From contig CATQHZ020000001.1 in the NCBI GenBank assembly GCA_958296135.2, positions 2,112,001-2,176,000 of the forward strand: DNA of 64,000 bases, in the 5' to 3' direction. This stretch comes from an uncultured Poribacteria bacterium. GTDB lineage: Bacteria > Poribacteria > WGA-4E > WGA-3G. The position numbers and the translations under genes are program-made. The notes below the pieces were generated by a model. The model had not been told where the DNA came from and did not search any database. It was given only the letters and a program-made list of their open reading frames with translations. Below are positions 10,204-21,476 of the stretch, one piece after another; position 1 is the first letter of the stretch, and every line of letters starts with the position of its first letter.

Positions 10204-10650
10204 TGCTAGAGCCCGAAAATCCGAGTAAATCGATTGAATTCTCGGTAAGTCTCGTTAATTCGTAACATATCTGATTTAAGTAGTTTTATCTCTCAGATGA
10301 GAGGATGGCGAACGGAGCGTGAAGAACGTTTCCTGCTGCACGATACCAAGAGGCATGTGTAATGTCCTAACCCCCCGTGTGAAGCGGATTAAGAGTCGGC
10401 GGTGCGCAGGCATCACTGACGGTGGAGGGAGCTGTAAGTCCGACGCGATTCCCGAAAGGATTGTCTCGCTGCAGTATCTAAGACTACAAAACCAACGTCG
10501 CGGCTGGTTTGACCGAGACGTAAAACGCCTGTGGAGCTCGCGTAAGACCTCGTAGTATTCGCATTTCGGTGCGTTTCGGAGGCGGTAAGTGATGAAGCAG
10601 GAACTTAGAAGTCTCGACTTATCTCGATATGTTGAGACTTCGGGGAACAG
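10204..10650 (+). mobile_element. Protein-free IS607-like mini-element with omegaRNA scaffold
   Basis: 3' part (10498-10650) is homologous to the tnpB right end; AG at both junctions; aagtctcg motif at both ends; removal rejoins aaggagg to the ATG at 10659. Confidence 0.65.
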
Positions 10651-10658
10651 AAAACACC

Positions 10659-11552
10659 ATGAACGGAGAATGTCTTGCGCATCTACTCACAGAAGAAGAA
10701 CGGACCCGTTTTGAAGAGCAGGGATACCTCTACGTGCCGAATGCCCTCTCCCCAGATGTGGTTGAGCAGTTAACGCACGCCGTGGATACCCTGCACAACA
10801 AGGCACTCGCCAACGGCAGAGCCACGCCCGGCAGTCCCTGGGGCTGGTCAGATTTTTTAAGAGAAGACGACGCGCTCCTAAATCTCGTCGACTGGCCGCG
10901 GACGTTGCCCAAGGTCTGGGGCATTTTGGGGTGGAATATCTATCTCTACCACGCGCACATGCACGTCAAACCGCCCGCGCCACCCGATGCGAAAGAAGGG
11001 GAGGGCTGGCTGGAGTGGCATCAAGACAGCGGCCGCGTCAACGTTGAACTGGAAACCAACCCGCGCCCACGCTTGTCGCTGAAGGTGGCATATTTCCTCA
11101 CGGATGTCTCTGAACCGGGGCGCGGCAATTTTTATATTCGTCCCGGCAGTCACCTCGCGGATATGGCGGTGCCAGAGGACGAAATCAGCCGCGACCCGCG
11201 CGAGCAGACCGCGGACGATGTCCCTGACGATGCGATGCCGGTCTGTGTGGAGCCGGGGACCGCCGTGCTGTTCGACAGACGGCTCTGGCATTCGCGCAGT
11301 CCGAACCATTCGCAGCTGACGCGGAAGGCACTCTTCTACGGCTATGGGTATCGGTGGATCCGTCAGAAAGACGAGATGACGGTGGAACCCCTTTATGAAC
11401 GGTGCGATCCGATTCGTCGGCAGCTGCTCGGTGCCGCTGTGCGGAACAACGGCCGTTATGTTCCTTCGGAAGAGGATGTGCCGCTGCGCGGATGGCTCGT
11501 TGAGCAATTCGGCGAGAAACCGGCGTATGCGATGGGGCCGCGGCATGCTTAG
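10659..11552 (+). CDS. Phytanoyl-CoA dioxygenase (PhyH) family protein
   Basis: FEEQGYL, WHQD, LTD..G...PGSH, LWH..PN.S...RK motifs. Confidence 0.9.
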   Translation: MNGECLAHLLTEEERTRFEEQGYLYVPNALSPDVVEQLTHAVDTLHNKALANGRATPGSPWGWSDFLREDDALLNLVDWPRTLPKVWGILGWNIYLYHAHMHVKPPAPPDAKEGEGWLEWHQDSGRVNVELETNPRPRLSLKVAYFLTDVSEPGRGNFYIRPGSHLADMAVPEDEISRDPREQTADDVPDDAMPVCVEPGTAVLFDRRLWHSRSPNHSQLTRKALFYGYGYRWIRQKDEMTVEPLYERCDPIRRQLLGAAVRNNGRYVPSEEDVPLRGWLVEQFGEKPAYAMGPRHA

Positions 11553-12001
11553 AGAATGATGGGCGGACTTCCATAGCTGAATAGGAAGTTCCGCCTACCC
11601 GATATGAGAAATTTCTGCGTTTTTCTGAACCTTTTCACGAAATCTTGTCCTCATTAAAAGAGAAATTTGATCCAACTTCGATTTGCGGATAGATCTACTT
11701 GATTCCCAATATTACATTTTGGATTTTACTTATAAATGATGATCCGGCGAAGTCTAGGCATTCGGAGTATCGTTTATTAGGGCGTTAAAGCAGCAGGCAA
11801 GTAGAGGCTTTCTCTAGTTCAATTCCAGGGGCGCGCATCGGCCGTCAATGGGCCGGTCGGAGTGCTAACAAGCAGGCCGCCGACGGCCCCCATTCTATTC
11901 CACGATAAAGAAGTTTCAAAATGGAAATGTGTTTCTCTCCCCAATGCGCCGCGGTGGACCAACTCCCGCCGGGGTTAGGGAGGTTCATCCAGACGCTTCT
12001 C

Positions 12002-12787
12002 TTAGAAGGGTCTGGTTCTCTTAAGTTCCTCTCGTTCCCGTAGAATTCCTTCCCATTCGACGGCCAGTTCGCGTCTGACGATTTTGTAGGCTTCGCGGGC
12101 ATCAAGGAGTTTCTGGTGGTCCCGATGAATCTCTTCGGGTGTCGTTGTATTGATGTACTGGGATAGCTCCTTAAAAAAGTCATCGACATCTTCCGCCGAG
12201 TGGGTTTTCAAGGCTTCTTGACGCGCAAATTCCAGTTGTTCGGGTGACAGTAATGCCCATGTCTTGAGCATGAGCGCGATTTCGTCCTCGCTGTCGGCGA
12301 GACTGGCCATGGTATTGGCACTGCTTTTGTCGTAATATGCATTCTCCCTTTCGTGGAGTGCCTGTCTCCGAATGAGCCAGTCTTTAATCTCCTCGGGGAT
12401 GTCCTCGGCATCTCTAATCTCTTCGGCTGTCCAGCCATAGAGGATGCCCCAGTAGTTTTTCTGTGGCACGTCGGTGTCGTCGTAGAGGTCGAGGGTTTCC
12501 GGTTCTTCAACAGTTTCGGTTTCTGTCTCGTCAACCGTTTCTGTCTCGTCAACCGTTTCTATCTCGAAAACCGTCTCCGTCGTGTTCTTGAGTGCTTGTC
12601 GGCGCTCGTATTCGGCTTCGGCTTCGGCTTTTTCTTGCCGCTTTCTGACTTCGACTTCTTGTTCGATTTCCTTGTCTAGACGTGGCCTCGTGACAAATCC
12701 CACGTAAAGATTGGCTGTGATACCCCCTATGATACTGCCGATTATGAGGGTGCGTATCATGGGCCGTTTCCAGAGGTTGCGAATCAT
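12002..12787 (-). CDS. Hypothetical membrane-anchored acidic protein
   Basis: N-terminal hydrophobic helix; acidic low-complexity ETVDET tandem repeat; upstream promoter-like TTGACA-17-TAAAAT at 12931-12903. Confidence 0.6.
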   Translation of the reverse strand: MIRNLWKRPMIRTLIIGSIIGGITANLYVGFVTRPRLDKEIEQEVEVRKRQEKAEAEAEYERRQALKNTTETVFEIETVDETETVDETETETVEEPETLDLYDDTDVPQKNYWGILYGWTAEEIRDAEDIPEEIKDWLIRRQALHERENAYYDKSSANTMASLADSEDEIALMLKTWALLSPEQLEFARQEALKTHSAEDVDDFFKELSQYINTTTPEEIHRDHQKLLDAREAYKIVRRELAVEWEGILREREELKRTRPF

Positions 12788-13003
12788 GATTCTATTTCCT
12801 ATTGTTTTGGTAACATCAGGCTCTTGCTAGCAGTGAGCGGTGATGTTCCACAGGTTTGTGTCAGGGGTTGAAAATGCTTGATAAATTCACTCACATTACC
12901 ACATTTTAACGTCAATCCGCGCCTTTGTCAAGAAACACGCGAGAACGTTAAATGGGTTAAGTTACCTATATTTTTAACCAACACACATCAACCTGATTTG
13001 GTA

Positions 13004-13750
13004 TTAAACCACCGGCTTCCGATTAGAAACGTAAGGCGGCTCCAGCATCAACTTCTGGTCTTCCGAAGTCATCATCTCGCGGAGTTCATCGTCATAACGC
13101 CCCTGGCCCCACGAAGCATGCCCCGGCGAATACTTGTAGAGAATCGAACGCCGCTGATGCGCCGCCGTCCACGGCAACGTGCCGTGCGTTAATGCCTCCG
13201 TGAAGATAACTGCATCCCCTGCATTCTGTGGCACAGGCACCATGCAAGTTTTGTTATCCTTCACTGGCCGGAACTCCCGCGGGCACGGATAGTTGCTCTT
13301 ATGGCTGCCGGGGATACAACAGAACCCACCATCGCCTTCCTGCATATCGGTAAGTGCCCACGAGACGACTGTCAAGCCGTTATACATTCTTCCGTTGCGG
13401 AAGACGTAGTATTGGGCCGGGTCATACGGTGTGCCGCCGCCGTGTAGCGTGCCGCCGGGGTTGCCATCCTGCATGAGGATGCCGTAGACGTGGTCCAGCC
13501 GGAATTTCGGCCCAACTATCTCGGCGAGGAATGGCATGAGGCGCGGATGGTTGAGGAGCCGCCGAAAGGCATCGTTATCCCAATTCAGAAACCCGCCGAA
13601 CCGTTGCGAATGGATGCTCTCATCCTTCGGGGCATTATACGCTTGCTCGTCAATGAGGGTGTTCAGTTCCTCAAGTTCTTCGGCGGACAAGACGTTTTCA
13701 ACGTTGATATATCCCCACAGGTCAAATAGATATTTCTCTTCAGCGTTCAT
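13004..13750 (-). CDS. Phytanoyl-CoA dioxygenase family protein
   Basis: YLFDLWGY, LHGG, IPGSHK, EALTHGTLPW and RRS motifs. Confidence 0.85.
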   Translation of the reverse strand: MNAEEKYLFDLWGYINVENVLSAEELEELNTLIDEQAYNAPKDESIHSQRFGGFLNWDNDAFRRLLNHPRLMPFLAEIVGPKFRLDHVYGILMQDGNPGGTLHGGGTPYDPAQYYVFRNGRMYNGLTVVSWALTDMQEGDGGFCCIPGSHKSNYPCPREFRPVKDNKTCMVPVPQNAGDAVIFTEALTHGTLPWTAAHQRRSILYKYSPGHASWGQGRYDDELREMMTSEDQKLMLEPPYVSNRKPVV

Positions 13751-13813
13751 TCTATCACCTCATTTGAGGCGCGGTTGCAAACCGCGCTTACCGGAAAAGG
13801 AAACACGCGGGTT

Positions 13814-14137
13814 CTACTGATGCGCCGAACGCGAGGTAGGCACAAGCCGAGTGACAACAATCTTCTCCCGGTCCAGCAGCTCGCCGACGCGGGGCGAGAT
13901 TTCGTTGAGCCACCGTTCGTCCTCGTAAACCGCTGCATAAAGCCGCTCACGCTGTGCCTCGCTCTCAAACCGACGAATCCAGACGTAAAGGTCGTCCTCT
14001 TCTTCGCCGATGAAACTGCCAATCACTACCATCCCTTTGGAAATCTGGTAAGGGATGACCGTTTCCTCCATGTATTTCACCCAGTTGTCGCGTTGTCCGG
14101 GTTTCGTGCGGTATTGCCGTAATTCAAAGAAAGCCAT
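13814..14137 (-). CDS. NIPSNAP family protein
   Basis: FELRQY..KPG, YVWIRRF and C-terminal L.PT..S. Confidence 0.85.
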   Translation of the reverse strand: MAFFELRQYRTKPGQRDNWVKYMEETVIPYQISKGMVVIGSFIGEEEDDLYVWIRRFESEAQRERLYAAVYEDERWLNEISPRVGELLDREKIVVTRLVPTSRSAHQ

Positions 14138-14288
14138 AAAAATCTCCTAGAAACATTAAGGACCTAACGTTCCTTTATCGGTATGGGTGCTTTTCACATT
14201 GAAAAGCGTCCGGGTGCGCTATGCGTTCTGCCAGATGGACAGCTATAGAAATCTGTCCTTACACGCCTGGACTTGGAAAAGCATGAAA

Positions 14289-17200
14289 CTATAGCCGATT
14301 ATAGCCGTAGCCTTTTCCCGTAATTTCAAAAAGAGCGGCCGCGGCTTGGAAGTGAATTTCCGCGTCCGAATCTTCAAGAACGGACTCAAGCAGCGGTACT
14401 GCACTCGCATTTTTCGCATCGCCGAGGGCCTTGATGGCATCAAGCCGGAAGCCTCTCGTGATTTGCGCTTCATGCAACGCGGTGAGTTTTGCTATAAGTG
14501 CGGCTGTCGCTTTGTCCGTTCCGATTTTTCCAAGCGCTCGCGAGGCATCTCTGCGGATTTCGACGTGATTGTCATCGTTGTTCATCGCTTCAATAAGCAC
14601 ATCAGTAGTTGCAACGTCAGCCAATTCACCGAGGCCCTGCGTAGCGGCGCGCCGGACATCTTTATTCTCTTCGGTTTCCCCACTCATAATCTGAATCAGG
14701 TCAGCTGTCAGCGCGGCAAAGCCGCCTTGCCCAATGCTGAGCGCGGTGGCTTTGCGGATATCGACATCCGGATCTGCCAACCGCTGTTTGATGAGTGTGA
14801 CATCCATCGCCTCTTTGCCTGCTTTGCTTCGGCTTAAAGCCACCATGGCGGCGTTGCGAACCTGATGGTTCTCCCATTCATCGGCGGCGCGTTCCGCCAT
14901 TTTCGAGGCAACCACTGCGGGCAAGTTTAATTTTTTCGCTGCGTTGACGAAAACCTCCCAACTCCAGTTCCGCTTCAATTCATCAACGCCGCTCGCTCGC
15001 CGGTTTGCCGCATCTTCAAGTGCGACGATATATTCGGTGTTGTCAACGAGCCGTTTGCCAACTGCTTCTGCAGCAAGAGGGCCCCCAATTTCGCCGAGAG
15101 CTGTCGCCGCTTTGGTGCGCGCCGATGCCTTTGCCAATGCATCCGTGCTGGCATCCAACGCTATCCGCTTGTCTTCGAGGATAGCAACCAGATGGGGGAC
15201 TGCCGTTTCGCTCGCAAGTTTCCCCAGGGCGACGATGGCATTGTTGGCGATGTCCCCGATGCGGATATTTAATGCCCGAATGAGCACTGCCTCAGCGGTT
15301 TTATCACCAATGTTACCTAGTGCGGCAGCGGCAGCGGCTCGGACATCATCCGCCTCTAACGGGTTCTCAACCATGTCACTGAGTTTCGAGACAGCTTTCG
15401 CGTCCTTAAGTGTGCCGAGAGCGGCTGCAGCTCGCAAGCGAATCTCTGCATTTTCATTTTTAAGCGCGGCCAGCAGAGGCACTGCAGCGCGTTCATCTTT
15501 CAGCGCGCCGAGCGAAGCCGCCGCGGCCGCCCGAATAGATTTCATCTCATCCCGGTTTTCAAGAACGGCAATTAAGGGTTCAACCGTCCGCCGCTCCTTA
15601 AAACCGCCAAGTGAGCCCGCCGCCCGTTTTCGGACAACATAACTCGGATGTTTCAATTCCTCTAACATGGCATCAACGGCAGGTTTTTTATGAAGGCTCC
15701 CGATTACATGCACGAGTGCCCATCGCACCCACTCGTCATCTGCAGACTTGAGCGCGTCCATCGCGAACCCCGATGTCGCCTCATTGCCATCTTTAATTAA
15801 TGCACCTAGCACCTCATTTTGCACGGCTAGGACTTCATAGCCATCGTCGAAACTGCCCAACCCCTTCTTGACAATATCAACGAGGCCTTTATCGCCTGCT
15901 TGTATCTCTCGGAGTGCCTTCGCGGCTTCAAAACGGGTGGTTTCATACTTGTCGCTTTTCAGCACATCTAACAGCGGTGCTACCACCTTCTGCCCTTTGA
16001 TTTTGCCGAGTGCGATTGCTGATTCTTGCCGAACCACACCCTGTTTGTCTTTTTTCAGCGCGGTAACCAGCGGCGCGATGACAGCATCCCCATTGACTTC
16101 GCCTAATGCCCATGCAGCACTGCGCCGAACGGTTGCGCGTTCATCATCTTCCAATGCACCAATCAAGGATTCAACAACCGTCGCCTTTTTCGCGACCAGG
16201 GGCTCGTCCCTACCAATGATGCCGAGTGTTCGCGCGACTTCGCTTCGCACGAGACTCGGAAAAGGCTTTAACTCACCCCACGTCCGATAGTTGGCACGTG
16301 GGTAATCCGCTGTCCACAGAACTTTCAAGGAGTCAACCTGAGCTCGGAGCGCGTCAAGCGTTTTATACTCGCGCTTCATGTGTCGCTGGAAATCGGAGAT
16401 TTCATCAAATCGCGTCGACAAAACCCAGAGGAGCACGGGAATGGTTGCATCTGTCTCAATTCGGCTCAACACTTTCACGGCATTCGCCCGGATGACAGGG
16501 CTGGTTTCGTCGCTCAGCATCAGCAGGAGCATCGGTTGCGTAGCGTTCGCAGGTTTGAGCTGCCACAGCGCGGCAATCGCTGCCGAGCGCACCGTTTCGC
16601 GTCGCTGCTTGTCCATTGAGATGACAATCAATTTTTGCACAGTCTCTTCCGTCGCTACACCGATGTTTCCGAGTGCCTCTGCCGCGTTGGTAACTGTCGT
16701 ATCGTCATAAGTCAGAGCATTTGTCAGTGAGACAACAGCCCGATTGTTTTCGCCTCGTGCCCGCATATTTCCCAGTCCCGTCGCCGCGAGTGCCTTGACT
16801 TCCTTGTGAGCATCGTTATCCAACGCCTCGATCAGTGGTGCTATCGCGCGCCTATCGCCAAGAGTGCCGAGTGCTTCTGCAACCTTTATCCGTATCGCAT
16901 CGGTGTCATTTTTGAGGGCATCCTGCATGGCTGGGACAGCCACGCCGCGCATCGCAACGAGTGCCGCTAATGCCTCGGCTTTCAAATCTTCATCCGCTAA
17001 CAGTTCTATCAGCGGACGAACTCCCGCCTCAGCCTTAAGGTGCCCTAGCGTCTGAATCGCCGCGGCCTGCGCGCTAATCCGATACTTTTTCATCCACGAA
17101 TCGTCAATATAGGCACTCGCGATGTATCGGTATTCGCTAGCAGTCCCAGTACCCTCGTCAGGAATCAGGTTTCGCGCACCTGTCTCCAGCACCTCAAGCA

Positions 17201-18161
17201 ACGGGGCAACCGCTGCATCCCCGATGCGGTTGAGCGAATCTATCGCTGCCGCTTTTACATAACTGTTTGAATCGGCGAGGAGCCGGACGAGCTCGGGAAC
17301 AGCACTCTCGGCTTGGCGAGCACCGAGGAGTTTGACTGCGTGCATCCGAACCTGCGCACTGTTGTTTTTCAGTGCCATTTGCAGTGCTTGGGAAGTTCGG
17401 CCCAGGTGCTCCGAACCTATGAGTTGCTCAAGCGCGGCAACGGCTCGATATGCAACAGCCGATGCCTCATCTGTTTTGGCGAGCACCGACTCAAAGACCG
17501 GAATGAGTTCCGCGTTCCGCATTGCGCCGAGGTAGCGGACAGCCTCTTTTCGGATGCCCGCGTCTGTATGTTGCGCCGCCTGAGTCAGCAGCTCCGTGAC
17601 CGGTTTTTCATCACCTAGTTTCGCGGCGAGTTGCGCAACTGTGGCGCGTGCAGCCGGTTGATAGCACTTTTCCGCCTCTAACAATGCGATAACTACTATA
17701 GAATCGGCGTGTGCAATCAATTCGGGGAGAAGCTCGGCGCGTTTTTCCACCGCCCCAGCGAGAGACGCAGCGAAGGTCCCAGAAATAGAATTCCGCGAAC
17801 GGATGAGCCGTTCCTGCCGGTCAAGTTCGTCAGAATCCGGGTCTTCCTGCAGAGAGATAGTGAGGATGTCGGCGTTCACTGTCTGAAGGTGCGCTACCGA
17901 TTGCGCGATGGCTTTGTGCCAACTGGCCGCGTCGGTACTTGTGCGCAGTGTAAGGAACGTACCCACAAGCTGCGCTTCCTGATTCGCGGCATCGTTCGTC
18001 GCTGCCTTTTGAATGGCTGTTTGTGCTGTCGCGTAATCGCCGCCGGCAATCGCGCCTCGCGCCTCAAGAATGTCCTTATCCTCTTTTTCGCCACACCCGA
18101 TGAGAGCCGCAATCGCTACGGCGAGGGTGAGACGTATACAAATTATCGCGTATTTTTTCAT
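14289..18161 (-). CDS. Large HEAT-repeat lipoprotein
   Basis: Lipobox LIGC; many VR..AA.ALG......A...L...L repeats. Confidence 0.85.
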   Translation of the reverse strand: MKKYAIICIRLTLAVAIAALIGCGEKEDKDILEARGAIAGGDYATAQTAIQKAATNDAANQEAQLVGTFLTLRTSTDAASWHKAIAQSVAHLQTVNADILTISLQEDPDSDELDRQERLIRSRNSISGTFAASLAGAVEKRAELLPELIAHADSIVVIALLEAEKCYQPAARATVAQLAAKLGDEKPVTELLTQAAQHTDAGIRKEAVRYLGAMRNAELIPVFESVLAKTDEASAVAYRAVAALEQLIGSEHLGRTSQALQMALKNNSAQVRMHAVKLLGARQAESAVPELVRLLADSNSYVKAAAIDSLNRIGDAAVAPLLEVLETGARNLIPDEGTGTASEYRYIASAYIDDSWMKKYRISAQAAAIQTLGHLKAEAGVRPLIELLADEDLKAEALAALVAMRGVAVPAMQDALKNDTDAIRIKVAEALGTLGDRRAIAPLIEALDNDAHKEVKALAATGLGNMRARGENNRAVVSLTNALTYDDTTVTNAAEALGNIGVATEETVQKLIVISMDKQRRETVRSAAIAALWQLKPANATQPMLLLMLSDETSPVIRANAVKVLSRIETDATIPVLLWVLSTRFDEISDFQRHMKREYKTLDALRAQVDSLKVLWTADYPRANYRTWGELKPFPSLVRSEVARTLGIIGRDEPLVAKKATVVESLIGALEDDERATVRRSAAWALGEVNGDAVIAPLVTALKKDKQGVVRQESAIALGKIKGQKVVAPLLDVLKSDKYETTRFEAAKALREIQAGDKGLVDIVKKGLGSFDDGYEVLAVQNEVLGALIKDGNEATSGFAMDALKSADDEWVRWALVHVIGSLHKKPAVDAMLEELKHPSYVVRKRAAGSLGGFKERRTVEPLIAVLENRDEMKSIRAAAAASLGALKDERAAVPLLAALKNENAEIRLRAAAALGTLKDAKAVSKLSDMVENPLEADDVRAAAAAALGNIGDKTAEAVLIRALNIRIGDIANNAIVALGKLASETAVPHLVAILEDKRIALDASTDALAKASARTKAATALGEIGGPLAAEAVGKRLVDNTEYIVALEDAANRRASGVDELKRNWSWEVFVNAAKKLNLPAVVASKMAERAADEWENHQVRNAAMVALSRSKAGKEAMDVTLIKQRLADPDVDIRKATALSIGQGGFAALTADLIQIMSGETEENKDVRRAATQGLGELADVATTDVLIEAMNNDDNHVEIRRDASRALGKIGTDKATAALIAKLTALHEAQITRGFRLDAIKALGDAKNASAVPLLESVLEDSDAEIHFQAAAALFEITGKGYGYNRL

Positions 18162-18238
18162 AGAATGTAGCCGCAACACCGCTTCGGAAAGAATGTCGCC
18201 TCCTTCTTCGTTGTTACCAGGGCATCCGGGAGCGTAGT

Positions 18239-21200
18239 CTACCCTGCAATTACCAATTTCGTCAGGTCAGCTACGGCATAGATGCGTCTCGCAATGCGGT
18301 TTAGCAACGCCAACCGGTTCGCGCGCAAATCGGGTTCCTTTGCCATAACCAGAACATCGTCAAAAAACCGATCGATTGCCGGCTGTAGTTCCGCTAGATG
18401 TGTGAGCAGTTGTGAAGCATCGTTCTGCTCAAAGTGTGGTTCCGCGGCGAAGATACATGCGTGCAGGCTTTTCTCCGCGTCGTCTATCAACAGCGTTTCA
18501 TCCACATCCATCGGCGGTGTCTCCGGCAAGATTCGCAACACCCGATTGAGCGCATTATACACCACTTCAAAGTTTGAAGTCAACCGAAAACTTGCCACTG
18601 CATCGGCGCGTTCAAAAATGTTAGGCACCTCTATCTCGCCCACCGCCAGCACTGCCGCCGCGACATCGGGCGCGTAGCCGTGTGTCTGAAGGATGCCGCG
18701 CCTGCCTAGAAAGCGTTCCTTGATAAAACCGAGCACGCTTGTTTCCGTATCCGCAGCCAAATCAATCGCATAAAGCGACAGTGCCTTTTTGACGACAGCA
18801 TCCAATGAGAGCGTCAGCTGCCTGTCTTGAAGGATGCGAAGCGTGCCGAGGGCGTGCCGCCGTAAGGAATACGGGTCCTGCGAACCAGTCGGGCGTTCCT
18901 CAATGCCGAAGTATCCGACGATAGTATCTAATTTGTCCGCAATGGACAGCAAGGCCCCTCCCTCTGTCTCCGGCGGGGGGGTATCCGCGCCAAGGGGTTG
19001 GTAGTGTTCGGCAATAGCGGTGGCAACAGGTTCTGCTTCGCCAGCGTTTTGCGCGTAGTATCTGCCCATAACCCCTTGCAACGTGGGAAATTCAATCACG
19101 AGTTGCGTTGTCAAGTCCGCCTTGCAAAGCCATGCGGCGCGCTCGGCATCGCGACATGTCGTCTCCTCAACTTGTAGCTCTTCACCGATGAACTGAACTA
19201 ACGCTTTGAGCCTTTCTGTCTTTTCTAGCAACGAACCGAGTTTTGCATGGAAAACAACCGCGTCTAACCGTTCCACTTTATCGGCGAGGCTACTCTTCTG
19301 GTCTTCACGATAGAAGAACTCTGCATCGTTGAGGCGTGCCCGCAAGACGCGTTCATTTCCGTGACGGACACCGTCAAAATTCCCATCTGTTCCGTTGGAA
19401 ACCGTAATGAACGCCGCTGCGAGTTCCGTGTCGTTTTTCCACATCGGGAAATAGCGTTGATGCTTCTTCATCGCCGTGATTAATACTTCAGGCGGCAGTG
19501 CTAAGTGCGACTCGCTAAAACTGCCCACGAGCGGCTGTGGGTTTTCTACCAAATAGGTTACCGTGTCTAGCAATTCAGTATCCAATTTTGGCAAGCATCC
19601 CTCAGATGCTAAAATGCCCGTGACTTGGGCGGCAATCGTATCGCGCCGTTCCTCCGGGTTTACGATGACATTCGCGTCTCGCAGCTGCGCGGCGTAGGTT
19701 TCTAGCGAAGCGGCGGCCAACGTTATCGGTTCGGGGTGCAGCGAGCGATGTCCATAGGTGAGTCGTCCGGCGGCCAACGCACCATAATTGCACTCCACAA
19801 CTTCTTCTCCAAGGAGTGCCACAAGCCATCGGATAGGACGTGCAAACCGCTTCCGTTTTGATTCCGCCTCTGAAAACCAGCGCATTGTTTTCAGGAAGCG
19901 AAGTTTCTCAAGCCATCCCGACAGGAGAGTTTTCAATACTTCTCGCGTTGGTAATCCCTCTTCTTGTTTGGAAGTGGCGACGTATTCGCCGCGCGGCGTT
20001 TCAACGATACGCAGCGCGGCGAGTGCAACGCCTTGCGTCTTCGCGAAACCGATTGCCGCCTTCGTCGGTTCGCCGTTTTCATCGTAAGCGATACGTTTCG
20101 GCGGGCCGACTACCTCCGTCTCCTTGCGCTCTTGGAGCGTAGCGATACCTTTTACGGAGAGTGTAATGCGGCGTGGCGTGCCAAAGGTTTTCACCTCGTC
20201 AAATCCTATTCGGTGCTCTGTCAGCGCGTCTTCTGCCATGAGCCGCAGCTGTTCAAGTGCCGGCGGGACGTAACTTGCCGGTATCTCTTCCGTGCCGATT
20301 TCAAATAGGAGCTCTGTCGTATCATCGGTAGGTATGACAAAATCGGAACCAGCGGACCCTCCTACTGGGGCGGGCTTTCCTACCGCAGGAGACTCATCCC
20401 ATTTTCCAAGGAGCGGATGCTCCATCTCTTCGCGTTGTTTGACATAAGCGCGCGCTATTCGCTGTGCAAGCCGCCGCACCCGTTCAATGTAACTCACGCG
20501 CTCAGTAACGCTGATGACACCGCGTGCATCCAGCATGTTGAACGTGTGCGAACACTTCAGCACATAATCTGCCGCGGGTAGCACTAATCCCGCGTTTAAA
20601 CAGGCGTATGTCTCCTTTTCGTAAGTGCTGAACAACTGAAAAAGCATGTCCACATCGGCGCGCTCAAAGTTGTAGATAGAGTGTTCCACCTCGCTTTGCC
20701 GATAGACATCGCCGTAATTGACATGTTCGTTCCATCGGATGTCAAAGAAGTTGTCCACATCCTGCAAATAGAGTGCGATGCGCTCAAGGCCGTAGGTAAT
20801 CTCGGCGCAAATCGGATCGAGTTCAATGCTCCCCATCTGCTGGAAATAGGTGAACTGCGTCACCTCCGCGCCGTTCCACCACACCTCCCATCCGAGTCCA
20901 GAGGCACCGAGCGTCGGCGATTCCCAGTCATCTTCGACGAAACGGATATCGTTCTGGCGCGGCGAGATGCCGAGGTGATAGAGGCTCTCAAGATAGAGCG
21001 GTAGCACATTCTCCGGCGCGGGCTTCAGGATTACCTGATATTGGTAATACGCCCCGAGCCGGAAGGGGTTTTCAGCGTATCGGCCATCGGTCGGCCGCCG
21101 CACGGGCTCTACGTACGCGACTTGCCACGGTTCTGGCCCGAGGCAGCGCAGAAAGGTGGCCGGATTAAAGGTGCCGGCACCCACTTCAACGTCGTAAGGT

Positions 21201-21268
21201 TGCTGGATAACGCATCCGTAATCCGCCCAAAATTTTTCTAATGTTAAAATAATTTCTTGGAAAGTCAT
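18239..21268 (-). CDS. glyQS: Glycine--tRNA ligase, fused alpha and beta subunits
   Basis: Alpha motifs [19 protein letters not shown]; beta motifs [29 protein letters not shown] in one ORF; exact start uncertain. Confidence 0.92.
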   Translation of the reverse strand: MTFQEIILTLEKFWADYGCVIQQPYDVEVGAGTFNPATFLRCLGPEPWQVAYVEPVRRPTDGRYAENPFRLGAYYQYQVILKPAPENVLPLYLESLYHLGISPRQNDIRFVEDDWESPTLGASGLGWEVWWNGAEVTQFTYFQQMGSIELDPICAEITYGLERIALYLQDVDNFFDIRWNEHVNYGDVYRQSEVEHSIYNFERADVDMLFQLFSTYEKETYACLNAGLVLPAADYVLKCSHTFNMLDARGVISVTERVSYIERVRRLAQRIARAYVKQREEMEHPLLGKWDESPAVGKPAPVGGSAGSDFVIPTDDTTELLFEIGTEEIPASYVPPALEQLRLMAEDALTEHRIGFDEVKTFGTPRRITLSVKGIATLQERKETEVVGPPKRIAYDENGEPTKAAIGFAKTQGVALAALRIVETPRGEYVATSKQEEGLPTREVLKTLLSGWLEKLRFLKTMRWFSEAESKRKRFARPIRWLVALLGEEVVECNYGALAAGRLTYGHRSLHPEPITLAAASLETYAAQLRDANVIVNPEERRDTIAAQVTGILASEGCLPKLDTELLDTVTYLVENPQPLVGSFSESHLALPPEVLITAMKKHQRYFPMWKNDTELAAAFITVSNGTDGNFDGVRHGNERVLRARLNDAEFFYREDQKSSLADKVERLDAVVFHAKLGSLLEKTERLKALVQFIGEELQVEETTCRDAERAAWLCKADLTTQLVIEFPTLQGVMGRYYAQNAGEAEPVATAIAEHYQPLGADTPPPETEGGALLSIADKLDTIVGYFGIEERPTGSQDPYSLRRHALGTLRILQDRQLTLSLDAVVKKALSLYAIDLAADTETSVLGFIKERFLGRRGILQTHGYAPDVAAAVLAVGEIEVPNIFERADAVASFRLTSNFEVVYNALNRVLRILPETPPMDVDETLLIDDAEKSLHACIFAAEPHFEQNDASQLLTHLAELQPAIDRFFDDVLVMAKEPDLRANRLALLNRIARRIYAVADLTKLVIAG

Positions 21269-21476
21269 TTTTTCGTCGGGCGCAAGCGTTTGATATGCAG
21301 TGTCTGTGCAAGCACGCTTCCCTACGTAACCCGTCATCGTCGTTGACGATGACTATGTTCTTTGGCTAATCTGCTTGCGCGAGTTTTCTCCATGAAAATG
21401 GATTGATTCAGATTCATTGTAGCATAACGGGTATCTTTAATCAAGAGTTTTTTAAGAACGCTTGCTCAAGCCTAGC

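Noticed and set aside
10365-10432. Twister ribozyme (cctaac ... gtggaggg)
   Set aside because: Could not build P2/P4 and the pseudoknots; needs a covariance-model scan
10319-10555. 78-aa ORF in the mini-element
   Set aside because: No recognisable motif; overlaps the omegaRNA-like region
11845-11995. GC-rich hairpins downstream of 12002-12787
   Set aside because: No promoter or second copy; could be terminators or REP remnants
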